A stretch of 64,000 bases of DNA from Acidimicrobiia bacterium (GTDB taxonomy: Bacteria; Actinomycetota; Acidimicrobiia; Spongiisociales; ZC4RG35). Location of the stretch: the NCBI GenBank assembly GCA_044867525.1, contig JBIOVB010000016.1, positions 23,685 through 87,684 of the forward strand, read 5' to 3'. The notes under the pieces are model-generated. The model was given only the letters and a program-made list of their open reading frames with translations, was not told the origin of the DNA and did no database searches. This document shows, piece by piece, positions 27,217 to 35,401 of this stretch. Each line of letters starts with the position of its first letter. Position 1 is the first letter of the stretch. The translations under genes were made by a program, and so were the position numbers.

Positions 27217-27831
27217 CTACTTCTTCTTGCTTTCGATATATGGGTTCTCACCCGACGCGTGATCGGTGACATCCACCACTTGGGTCAGCTCGGGGATTTC
27301 GTCGAGCAAGGTCCGCTCGATGCCCTGGCGGAGAGTGACCTGAGCCAGGCCACAACCCTGACAGCCCCCGTAGAGGCGAAGATAGGCGATGGTCCCGTCG
27401 ATCGAAACCAGCTCGGCGCCGCCGCCATGGGCGGCGATCGCCGGATTCACCTGCTCGTTGAGCACCTGTTGGACACGGTCGACAAGAGGGCCGGTCAGGT
27501 CTCCATGTGAGCCCGAAATCTGTGGTGACGAAGGCGCATTGGGGTTGTTCATCGCCAGCCCCTCGTCGGTCAGATCCAGCGACGCCCCCTCCAGCTTCGG
27601 GATGTCCCTTTCGGGGAAGATCACCGCGAGGTCACCATGCCGCTCAACGACCCACTCGTCTTTCATGTCGGCCAGGGCGACGAACGCCAGCTCATACGTG
27701 AACTGCGGGCCGCGGAAACCGGTCACCTCGATGGAAAGGGCGAACTCGCCGTCCCCGGGCTCCTGGTTGCGCAATTGGACGATCATGTCCAGCGCGTCGG
27801 GAGCGATGCTGATCACGGTGGGCTGGGACAT
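27217..27831 (-). CDS. Fe-S cluster biogenesis protein, NfuA-like (HesB/IscA-like N-domain plus NifU C-terminal domain)
   Basis: Start set at ATG 27831. The C-terminal Nfu domain carries AIAAHGGGAELV and GGCQGCG (CXXC). A TACCAT hexamer lies 8 nt upstream. Confidence 0.8.
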   Translation of the reverse strand: MSQPTVISIAPDALDMIVQLRNQEPGDGEFALSIEVTGFRGPQFTYELAFVALADMKDEWVVERHGDLAVIFPERDIPKLEGASLDLTDEGLAMNNPNAPSSPQISGSHGDLTGPLVDRVQQVLNEQVNPAIAAHGGGAELVSIDGTIAYLRLYGGCQGCGLAQVTLRQGIERTLLDEIPELTQVVDVTDHASGENPYIESKKK

Positions 27832-27839
27832 ATGCCAGG

Positions 27840-27845
27840 ATGGTA
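27840..27845 (-). promoter_or_regulatory. -10-like hexamer TACCAT, 8 nt upstream of the nfuA-like ATG 27831
   Basis: The plus strand reads ATGGTA. Confidence 0.35.
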
Positions 27846-27865
27846 ATGGCCACCAAGAGAAAGCC

Positions 27866-29065
27866 TTGCCGACCGCCGTCGTTGTCCTCCCCAGCACCAC
27901 CTATCGGGCAGCCGACTTCGTGGAGGCAGCCAGAGGGCTCGGTGTGGACCTCGTCGTGGCCTCCGAGGAGCCGCCTCCGTTCGACATGGGAGACCGCTAT
28001 CTCCGGATCGATTGCGACGATCCCCAGAAGGCGGCGAGGACCATCCTGGACGCCGGCGACCGAGTCCCCATCGATGGAGTGATCGCCGCCGACGATGGTG
28101 GCGTCGAGGTCGCAGCCATCACCGGACGAGCCCTCGGCCTTCTATCCAACCCTCCCGAGGCCGCCGCCGCGACCCGTGACAAGGCGAGGCAGCGGCAACT
28201 GCTGGGCGCAGCCGAAGTCCCCCAACCCCGGTACACGGTGATCTCTCCCGGGACCGACCCATCGGACGCCGGCGAGATGGTTGGCTACCCGCTCGTCATC
28301 AAGCCTCTCGACCGGTCTGCGGGACAGGGGGTGATCCGGGTCGACACCCCCGACGAGCTCGCTGCGGCATGCCAACGAGTGCGGACCATTGCGGGGAACG
28401 GCGCAGATCTGATCGCCGAAGGATTCGCCCCCGGGCTCGAAGTGGCGGTGGAAGGGATCATGAGCGAGGGCCGGCTCAACGTGCTCGCGGTGTTCGACAA
28501 GCCCGAAGCCGCCGAGGGCCCCTTTTTCCCCGAAACCATCCTGGTCACCCCGTCGCGCCTCCCCGAACCGGTGCTGGCCGAATGTCACCGGGTCGCCAAG
28601 TTGGCCCTCGACGCCATCGGAATCGTCCATGGTCCCGTACACGTCGAGCTCAAGGCCGACGGCGACAAGGTGGTGGTGATCGAGGTCGCAGCGCGCTCCA
28701 TCGGAGGGCTGTGCTCCAAGAGCCTCAACTTCGGACTCATGGGCACCACCCTGGAGACGCTGATCCTGCGAAACGCCCTCGGCTTGGACAAGCCCGAACT
28801 GCGTCGGGAGGAGGCGGCCAGCGGGGTCCTCATGATCCCGATCCCCCTCGCAGGCGACTTCGTGGAGATCCGAAACCTGGACCTGGTGCGCGCTCTCCCC
28901 CATGTGACCGGGATCGACGTGACCGTCCACCCGGGGCGACGGGTGGAGCCTCCACCGGAGGGAGACCACTACCTCGGATTCGTCTACGCCCGCGCCTCTT
29001 CACCGGAAAACGTAGAGTCGGCCTTGCTGGAGGCACAACGCCTCCTGGAAGTGGTCATCGACTGA
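27866..29065 (+). CDS. ATP-grasp domain protein (carboxylate-amine ligase type)
   Basis: It has the ATP-grasp pattern (GYPLVIKPLDRSAGQGVIRV) and a pre-ATP-grasp N-domain. The upstream part of track ORF 27389-29065 is antisense to nfuA. The start is uncertain: TTG 27866 is chosen, and GTG 27818 is the alternative. Confidence 0.65.
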   Translation: MPTAVVVLPSTTYRAADFVEAARGLGVDLVVASEEPPPFDMGDRYLRIDCDDPQKAARTILDAGDRVPIDGVIAADDGGVEVAAITGRALGLLSNPPEAAAATRDKARQRQLLGAAEVPQPRYTVISPGTDPSDAGEMVGYPLVIKPLDRSAGQGVIRVDTPDELAAACQRVRTIAGNGADLIAEGFAPGLEVAVEGIMSEGRLNVLAVFDKPEAAEGPFFPETILVTPSRLPEPVLAECHRVAKLALDAIGIVHGPVHVELKADGDKVVVIEVAARSIGGLCSKSLNFGLMGTTLETLILRNALGLDKPELRREEAASGVLMIPIPLAGDFVEIRNLDLVRALPHVTGIDVTVHPGRRVEPPPEGDHYLGFVYARASSPENVESALLEAQRLLEVVID

Positions 29066-29137
29066 GATCGGGAAAGCCCAATGTCCCAGTGGTCAGAAAC
29101 CGGGCCCGCCAATCTCAACCTCAACTTGAGGGTTAGC

Positions 29138-29175
29138 TCTTACCCGCGTTCTTGCGCGTAAGACGATTTTGTCAT
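29138..29175 (+). terminator. Possible intrinsic terminator after the ATP-grasp gene
   Basis: An imperfect hairpin (TCTTACCCGCG ... CGCGTAAGA) is followed by the T-rich CGATTTTGTCATTTT. It sits in an unusually AT-rich 110-nt gap. Confidence 0.35.
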
Positions 29176-29179
29176 TTTG

Positions 29180-29806
29180 ATGGACACGATCCTCATCTTC
29201 GCCGCAGGGGACGGACTACCCCCCGAGCTGGGGCAGGATCTGCCCCTGGCGGACATGGTGGTCGCCGCTGATAGCGGCTACGAAGCAGCTGTCGCTCTCG
29301 GATTTCGTGTTGACGTCCTGGTGGGCGACTTGGACTCGATAGCCACCGATCCTCTCCCCGACCACGTGATCGTCGAACGCCACGACGCGAACAAGGACCA
29401 GACCGACCTCGACCTGGCATTGGAGCTGGCCTTGCGCGAGGATCCGGGACGGGTGGTGGTGGTGGGCGGGGCCGGCGGGCGCCACGACCACGAGCTCGCC
29501 GCCTTCCAGCTCATCTGTTCCCCCCGGTGGCGTGGCGTGGGCGAGCTGGACTGGATCTCGAGCCGAAGCCGCTGCCATGTTGTACGCCGCCACCGGGTCG
29601 TGCACGGTGACATTGGTGCCACGGTGACCCTGCTCGCGGTCGGAGGACCGGTAGGGGGCCTGACCACCAGGGGCCTCGAGTGGGAGCTCCACGAGGCGAC
29701 TTTGGAGCCAGGGTCAACCTGGGGGGTGAGCAACCTGATGAGGGGGCCGGTGGCCGACGTCTGGATCTCCTCGGGGTGCGTCCTCGTGGTCTTTCCCGAC
29801 GCCTGA
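29180..29806 (+). CDS. Thiamine pyrophosphokinase
   Basis: VAADSG ... LVGDLDS motif and a length of about 208 aa fit the TPK (ThiN) family. I prefer ATG 29180 over TTG 29177. Confidence 0.75.
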   Translation: MDTILIFAAGDGLPPELGQDLPLADMVVAADSGYEAAVALGFRVDVLVGDLDSIATDPLPDHVIVERHDANKDQTDLDLALELALREDPGRVVVVGGAGGRHDHELAAFQLICSPRWRGVGELDWISSRSRCHVVRRHRVVHGDIGATVTLLAVGGPVGGLTTRGLEWELHEATLEPGSTWGVSNLMRGPVADVWISSGCVLVVFPDA

Positions 29807-29811
29807 GCCGG

Positions 29812-30765
29812 TCAGTCCCCCGGAGCGAGGGGGGCCGGCATCGGGCGGCCGTCGAGGCCTGCCATCAGATTCTCGACCGCCAGGGATGCCATGCCGCGCC
29901 GCGCCGAGACCGAGGCGCTCCCGATGTGAGGGACCACCAGGCAGTTCGCCATCTCCAGCAGGGCATGGCCCGCAGGCAGAGGCTCGGGGTCGGTGACATC
30001 GAGCGCGGCGCCGGCGATCTGCGAGGCCCGGAGGGCTCCGGCCAGGGCATCGGTGTCCACCAGGCCGCCGCGGGCCACATTGACCAGGTACCCGGTTCGC
30101 TTCATCCTCTTCAACTCGTCCACGGAGATGAGGTTCCGTGTCTCCGGGGTCAGAGGCGCGGTGAGGAGCACGATGTCCGCCTCTTCGAGGAGCGTTGCCA
30201 GCGATACTCGGGTCGCTCCCGGTTCGGCCTTCTCCGACGGGGAAGCGTAGAGAACCCGCATGTCGAACCCAGCAGCGCGTCTAGCGATCGCAGACCCGAT
30301 GCGCCCCAGACCCACGATCCCCAGGGTCGAGCCATGGAGATCGCCACCCAGCATCGCCCACGGGTCCCAAACGCCCCACCGCCCGTCGCGCACCAGGTCC
30401 CTCCCTTCGGGGATTCGGCGAACGATCGCGGACATCAGGGCGAATGCAGTGTCGGCGACCGTCTCGGTGAGGACGTCTGGCGTGTGCCCGATGAGAATCC
30501 CTCGCTGCCCACACGCTGCAACGTCGATGTTGTCGACTCCGACCGCCATCTGGGAGATGACACGCAATGAGGGCCCGGCCTCGAGCAATTCCCGGTCGAT
30601 GCCGTCGACGAGCATCGAAAGCAAACCCTCACACCCGGCAACTCCCTCGAGTAGGGCCTCCCTGGGGGCAGGGCCTTCACCGTCCCAGAGCCCGACCTCT
30701 GCGAGAGTGCGCAGAGGCACCAGGATGTCCTCCGGTATGAGGTGGGACACGAAGACACGGGGCAC
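29812..30765 (-). CDS. D-isomer-specific 2-hydroxyacid dehydrogenase (glyoxylate/hydroxypyruvate reductase-like)
   Basis: Only the C-terminal 317 codons of track ORF 29812-31596 are plausible. They carry NAD-binding GIVGLGRIGSAIARR and catalytic-region VVPHIGSAS. The GTG 30765 start is supported by a TAGCCT hexamer 8 nt upstream. Confidence 0.8.
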   Translation of the reverse strand: MPRVFVSHLIPEDILVPLRTLAEVGLWDGEGPAPREALLEGVAGCEGLLSMLVDGIDRELLEAGPSLRVISQMAVGVDNIDVAACGQRGILIGHTPDVLTETVADTAFALMSAIVRRIPEGRDLVRDGRWGVWDPWAMLGGDLHGSTLGIVGLGRIGSAIARRAAGFDMRVLYASPSEKAEPGATRVSLATLLEEADIVLLTAPLTPETRNLISVDELKRMKRTGYLVNVARGGLVDTDALAGALRASQIAGAALDVTDPEPLPAGHALLEMANCLVVPHIGSASVSARRGMASLAVENLMAGLDGRPMPAPLAPGD

Positions 30766-30773
30766 GGATTCCG

Positions 30774-30779
30774 AGGCTA
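30774..30779 (-). promoter_or_regulatory. -10-like hexamer TAGCCT, 8 nt upstream of the 2-hydroxyacid dehydrogenase GTG 30765
   Basis: The plus strand reads AGGCTA. Confidence 0.4.
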
Positions 30780-30827
30780 GATGTCCGGCTCGACAACACC
30801 TGGAAAGGTGTCCCGCCGACCCGCCGA

Positions 30828-30833
30828 TAACAT
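30828..30833 (+). promoter_or_regulatory. -10-like hexamer TAACAT, 7 nt upstream of the L,D-transpeptidase ATG 30841
   Basis: TANNNT match. Confidence 0.4.
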
Positions 30834-30840
30834 TTCGGTG

Positions 30841-31638
30841 ATGCGACGGGTCCTCATCCCGATCTTCGCCCTTCTCGCACTTGTCGGATGCGGGGGCGGA
30901 GCTGCGCTCGAACTGACCGAGCCTCCAAGAGCCCTGCTCGACATCGGCGTCACGACATGGCCCGGGCCAACCGCACAGTCCATGGACACCGAGCAGCGCG
31001 AGGCCTTCGCCGGGTTGAGCACCGAGACGCTCCACCCTGACCAGACGCTGGTGGCGATGAGCGTCGGAGACACGGACCTGTTCCAGGCGCCGGGCGGCAC
31101 CACGCCCATGATGACCCTCCCCCACACCACCATCCTCGGGACCGTTTCGGTTTTCGAGGTGGTCGAGGGCCCGGTTGAGGGCTGGCTCCGGGTGAAGGTC
31201 CCGGTCCGGCCCAATGGGACCCAGGGCTGGGTCGAAGCGTCGGACGTGATGATGTACGTGGTCGACGGCCGGTTCGTGGTCGATCTCTCCGAGAGGACCC
31301 TCTCCTACTACGAAGACGGGAAGCTGGTCCTCACCACAGAGGCCGCAGTGGGGAGCCATCGCAACCCGACGCCGGAGGGTGACTTCTTCGTTACCGACAA
31401 CGTCACTCTCGCCCACCCCGGAAGCCCCTGGGGCCCCCACGCCTTCGGGATCTCCGCTCGATCGGACACGATCACGGAGTACAACGGGGGCGACGGGATC
31501 ATCGGGATCCACGGCACGAACCGGCCGGGCTCGATCGGCAACGCCGCCTCCCTGGGCTGCATCCGGGTGCCCAACCATGTGATCACCCAGCTCCACGAGA
31601 TGGTCCCGGTCGGGACCCCGGTCGAGATCAACGCCTGA
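30841..31638 (+). CDS. L,D-transpeptidase (YkuD domain) lipoprotein
   Basis: Start at ATG 30841 gives a lipobox signal (IFALLALVGCGG). The catalytic motif is GIHGTNRPGSIGNAASLGCIRV. Confidence 0.85.
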   Translation: MRRVLIPIFALLALVGCGGGAALELTEPPRALLDIGVTTWPGPTAQSMDTEQREAFAGLSTETLHPDQTLVAMSVGDTDLFQAPGGTTPMMTLPHTTILGTVSVFEVVEGPVEGWLRVKVPVRPNGTQGWVEASDVMMYVVDGRFVVDLSERTLSYYEDGKLVLTTEAAVGSHRNPTPEGDFFVTDNVTLAHPGSPWGPHAFGISARSDTITEYNGGDGIIGIHGTNRPGSIGNAASLGCIRVPNHVITQLHEMVPVGTPVEINA

Positions 31639-31641
31639 GCG

Positions 31642-32502
31642 TCAGGCGCCGTGGCCGGAAATCGTCCCGCTCAGCACTGTGGCCGCACGCTCCTCGACAG
31701 CGGCCTCGACGACCAGGCCCTCGTCCTGGACCCAGGTCCGCGTGACCACGGTCTCCCCGGGAAAGACCACGCCGGAGAAGCGAGCTCGATACCGGGTGAG
31801 CGCCCCCACCTGGCCGCCAAGGGAATGGTCCACCACCGCCTTGCCCACGATGCCGTAGGTGCACAGGCCGTGGAGGATCGGCCGCTCATACCCGGCGAAC
31901 GCCGCAAAACCAGGGTCGGTGTGCAGGGGGTTGCGGTCGCCGGACGCAACTCGATAGAGGAGCGCCTGTTGCGGGAGCGTGGGTGACCTGACCACCTGGT
32001 CGGGATCGCGGTCCGGGATGTCGGTCGTGGTCGGAGGCCCGGGTTCGCCTCCGAAACCACCCTCGCCGCGGAGGAAGACCGAGGGCCGGTTGGTGAAGAG
32101 CAATTCGCCGTCCTTCTCCAGCCGGGACTCGATCTCCATGACCACAAGGGCACCCTTTCCCTTGTCGAACACGTGCGTGACCCGACCCTCTTGGACCACG
32201 GAGCCAGACGACGGGATCGGGCGATGGAGCTCGAGCTCCTGCTCGCCATGGAGCACCGACGCCAGCTCGAATTCGAGCCCGTCCACGGTGCCCAAGCTCA
32301 TCATGAGCCCGAACGCAGGGATGGTGGCAAAGGTAGGGAGGACACGAAGGTCCGCGTCATAGGTGTAGCTCAGCTCCCGAGCGTCGGTCGGGGGGACACC
32401 GGCGCCGATGGCGAGCTGATAGAGGACTACGTCGTCCTCGTCCCAGCTGTAGGTCGAGCCGGGCAGTGCCGCACCGACAGCGCGGGATGCGTCGATCGGC
32501 AT
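31642..32502 (-). CDS. MaoC-like (R)-specific enoyl-CoA hydratase, double hot-dog
   Basis: Start at ATG 32502 (TGATG, a 1-nt overlap with the SDR stop). The protein has the hot-dog hydratase region (GDRNPLHTDP). Confidence 0.8.
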   Translation of the reverse strand: MPIDASRAVGAALPGSTYSWDEDDVVLYQLAIGAGVPPTDARELSYTYDADLRVLPTFATIPAFGLMMSLGTVDGLEFELASVLHGEQELELHRPIPSSGSVVQEGRVTHVFDKGKGALVVMEIESRLEKDGELLFTNRPSVFLRGEGGFGGEPGPPTTTDIPDRDPDQVVRSPTLPQQALLYRVASGDRNPLHTDPGFAAFAGYERPILHGLCTYGIVGKAVVDHSLGGQVGALTRYRARFSGVVFPGETVVTRTWVQDEGLVVEAAVEERAATVLSGTISGHGA

Positions 32503-33410
32503 CAGCCGGCGAGCATTTGCCCGAGCAGCATGATCTCGTCGTTGTTGCTCAGGGGTGTCGTGAACTCGGAGATGTCCCGGACTTTCTCGATATGCGTTGC
32601 GATCTCCTCGACCTCGGGCACCACCCCCTGGCCGGCGAGCCACCCGGGATTGGTGCCGAGGAATATCCGCGCGTACCGGCCCCCACCGGCAGTGAAAACC
32701 TCATGGGTGAGCTGGTTGGCCTCTGAGCAGAGATACACGACGAGAGGCATCACCTGCTTCGGATCGACGAGCTCGGCGAACGGGCCGAGAAGCTCTTCGG
32801 TCATCCGGGTCCGGGCGATCGGGGCAACGGCATTGGATCTGATGTCGTACTTCATTCCTTCGATCGCAAGCACGTTGGAAAGCCCCACGATCCCTGCCTT
32901 GGCCGCCCCGTAGTTGGCCTGGCCGAAGTTCCCGAAAAGGCCCGAGGCGGAGGTGGTGTGCACGAACCGCCCGTAGCCCTGGGTCTTCATGACGACGAAA
33001 GCGGGCTGGGAGACATGGAAGGCCCCCCTGAGATGCACGTCGATGACCGCGTCGACCTCGTCGAGGGTCATGTTGGCGAATGACCGGTCGCGGAGGATCC
33101 CCGCGTTGTTGATCACGACATCCACCGTCCCGAAGGCATCGAGCGCGGCCCCCACGATCGCAGCACCCCCTTCCCGACTGGACACCGAGTCGTAGTTGGC
33201 AACCGCCTCGCCACCCGCGCTTCGGATCTCGTCGACAACGGCATCGGCCGCGCTGCTCGAGGCCCCGGTCCCGTCGACTGCGCCACCCAGATCGTTGACC
33301 ACCACTCTCGCCCCACGCCGGCCGAGCTCCAGTGAGTACTCCCGGCCCAGCCCGCCGCCGCCCCCGGTCACGATCGCAACTCTCCCGTCGAATGTGATCG
33401 GCTCGGTCAT
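32502..33410 (-). CDS. SDR-family oxidoreductase (multifunctional-enzyme-2-type 3-hydroxyacyl-CoA dehydrogenase-like)
   Basis: VTGGGGGLGR cofactor motif, NNAG, and the catalytic Y..K (ANYGAAK). It is paired with the MaoC hydratase, like a split MFE-2. Confidence 0.8.
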   Translation of the reverse strand: MTEPITFDGRVAIVTGGGGGLGREYSLELGRRGARVVVNDLGGAVDGTGASSSAADAVVDEIRSAGGEAVANYDSVSSREGGAAIVGAALDAFGTVDVVINNAGILRDRSFANMTLDEVDAVIDVHLRGAFHVSQPAFVVMKTQGYGRFVHTTSASGLFGNFGQANYGAAKAGIVGLSNVLAIEGMKYDIRSNAVAPIARTRMTEELLGPFAELVDPKQVMPLVVYLCSEANQLTHEVFTAGGGRYARIFLGTNPGWLAGQGVVPEVEEIATHIEKVRDISEFTTPLSNNDEIMLLGQMLAG

Positions 33411-33420
33411 CGCGCTCCCT

Positions 33421-33489
33421 TCACAGGCCTAGGGACCGGCCGATGATCTCTCGCATGACCTCGGTGGTCCCCCGGTAGATCGTCTGCAC
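33421..33489 (-). pseudogene. Fossil 3' end of an acyl-CoA dehydrogenase gene
   Basis: The minus strand reads GTG CAG ACG ATC TAC CGG GGG ACC ACC GAG GTC ATG CGA GAG ATC ATC GGC CGG TCC CTA GGC CTG TGA, which translates to VQTIYRGTTEVMREIIGRSLGL*. This is the characteristic ACAD C-terminal motif. It lies in the 80-nt gap between fadD and the SDR gene, and no upstream ACAD body is present. Confidence 0.6.
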
Positions 33490-33490
33490 C

Positions 33491-35332
33491 TCAGACGCCG
33501 ACGTACAGCGCTTCGATCTCCTCGGCGTACTTCTCAACCACCACCCGGCGCTTGAGCTTGAGCGACGGGGTCACCTCACCGGAGTCGGGGGTCCACTCGT
33601 CGCCCACGATGACGAACTTCTTGATCTGCTCAACGGAGGAGACCGACGCATTCGCCTCGCGCACGGCCCTTTCGATCTCCGCGTTCACCTCTGGCAGACG
33701 GGAAAACGAGGCGAGGTCCGAGTACTCCAGCCCATGGGCTGCCGCCCATTCCGGCGCCTCCTCATGGTCGAGGGCGATCACCACGCTCAGGAACTTGCGA
33801 CCGTCGCCGATCATGCAGGCCTTGGAGATGATCGGGTTGTTCCCGAGCAAGGTCTCCAGCTTGGCGGGGGCGATGTTCTTGCCCGCCGCGGTGATGATGA
33901 TCTCCTTCTTCCGGCCCACGATCCAGAGGAAACCGTCCTCGTCGATCTGGCCCAGGTCCCCCGAGTACAGCCAACCATCGGAGTCGAAGGACTCCTCGGT
34001 TGCCTCCGGGAGCTTGTAATAGCCCTGGGTGATGACGCCGCCTCTCATCAGGACCTCGCCGTCCTCGGCGAGGACCACCTCGACCCCTGGAAGGGCGCGC
34101 CCCACCGAGCCCGTCTTGTTGGCCCCGGGGAGGTTGGTGGTCGCCGGCCCCGTGGTCTCGGACATCCCGTAGAGCTCGAACAGCGGGATCCCGATCGTAT
34201 GGAAGAACGTGATCAGCTCCGGGTGAATGGGAGCGGCGGCAGTGATCGCCAACTCCACGGAGTCCATGCCCAGGCCTTCGCGCACCTTGGAAAGGGCGAT
34301 CGAGTCGAGCAGGCCTGCCAGCATCGGGCCCGAGGATCCCTTGGCCTCAGCCTCCACCCGCTTCCGGTTCGCGGCCAAAGCGCTGTCGAGAATCCTCTTC
34401 TTGATCCCGTGAGCCTCCTCGAAGCGAGCGCCGAGGCGGGCCGAGAACTTCTCATACACCCGGGGCACTCCGAAGAAGATCGTGGGACGCGCCGCCTGGA
34501 TGTACTCGAGGACACCGGCCATGTTGGGGCAGAACCAGACCTGACCGGCCATGTAGGTGCACAGGTAGTGGGTGGCCAAGCGCTCCGCGATGTGGGCCAG
34601 CGGAAGATAGGAGACCATGCGGGGGCCGAGGTCGATGTTCGCGGCCCGGCGCAGGCATTCTGCGGTCCACACCACGTTCCGGTGACTGATCATCACCCCT
34701 TTCGGGGTACCCGTGGTGCCCGACGTGTAGATCAGGGTGGCCAACGAGTCGGGAGTGATCGCGGCGGCCGCCCTGGTGACCGACTCCGTATCCTCGGCAA
34801 GGCGCCGCTTGCCCCTGGCAAGTAGCTCGTCCCAGCTCAGCACCCAATCGGCGGTGTCGTAGTTCTCGGCTCCCGACATCAGCACGACGTAACGCAGGTT
34901 GGGGAGCTCGGATCGGATCTCCTCCCATCGCTTCATGAAATCGAGGTCCTCGAGAACCGCAACGGTGGCGGAGCAGTTCTCGGCGATGTACTGGATCTGG
35001 CCGGCGACCAGTGTCGAGTAGATCGTGACTGCGGTGGCACCGGTGTGGATCGCCGCATAGTCGGCGATCACGTGCTGGGGGCGGTTGCCGGCCATGATCG
35101 CCACGAATTGCCCGTCGCCCACTCCCAGCGACTGGAAGCCGGCAGCGGCATCGTGCACTGCAGTTCGGTATTCAGACCAGGTGAGATGCGCCCAGTCGCC
35201 GTTGTCCTTCCAGTGGACCGCCGGTTGGTCGCCGTAGCGCTCGGCATTGCGGTTGAAGTAGTCGACGATCGTCTTGCCGTCGACCTCGGCATCGATCGCC
35301 GTGCGCTCTGCCAGGACAGCTTCTTCCGTCAT
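33491..35332 (-). CDS. fadD: Long-chain fatty acid-CoA ligase (AMP-forming)
   Basis: AMP-binding motif IYTSGTTGTPKGV, plus GYYK and SGDLG blocks. Start at ATG 35332, preceded by GGAGGA. Confidence 0.85.
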   Translation of the reverse strand: MTEEAVLAERTAIDAEVDGKTIVDYFNRNAERYGDQPAVHWKDNGDWAHLTWSEYRTAVHDAAAGFQSLGVGDGQFVAIMAGNRPQHVIADYAAIHTGATAVTIYSTLVAGQIQYIAENCSATVAVLEDLDFMKRWEEIRSELPNLRYVVLMSGAENYDTADWVLSWDELLARGKRRLAEDTESVTRAAAAITPDSLATLIYTSGTTGTPKGVMISHRNVVWTAECLRRAANIDLGPRMVSYLPLAHIAERLATHYLCTYMAGQVWFCPNMAGVLEYIQAARPTIFFGVPRVYEKFSARLGARFEEAHGIKKRILDSALAANRKRVEAEAKGSSGPMLAGLLDSIALSKVREGLGMDSVELAITAAAPIHPELITFFHTIGIPLFELYGMSETTGPATTNLPGANKTGSVGRALPGVEVVLAEDGEVLMRGGVITQGYYKLPEATEESFDSDGWLYSGDLGQIDEDGFLWIVGRKKEIIITAAGKNIAPAKLETLLGNNPIISKACMIGDGRKFLSVVIALDHEEAPEWAAAHGLEYSDLASFSRLPEVNAEIERAVREANASVSSVEQIKKFVIVGDEWTPDSGEVTPSLKLKRRVVVEKYAEEIEALYVGV

Positions 35333-35401
35333 CGAATCCTCCGGTCGGGGAAATAGTCCGTGGCTGCCGAGCATACCGGTGAGATGACGGCTAGAGCCCG
35401 G

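Noticed and set aside
29066-29179. Possible TPP riboswitch upstream of the thiamine pyrophosphokinase gene.
   Set aside because: I found none of the conserved THI-box elements (CUGAGA, ACCUGAUCUGGAUAAUGCCAGCG-like). The region is better explained as a terminator hairpin plus an AT-rich promoter area.
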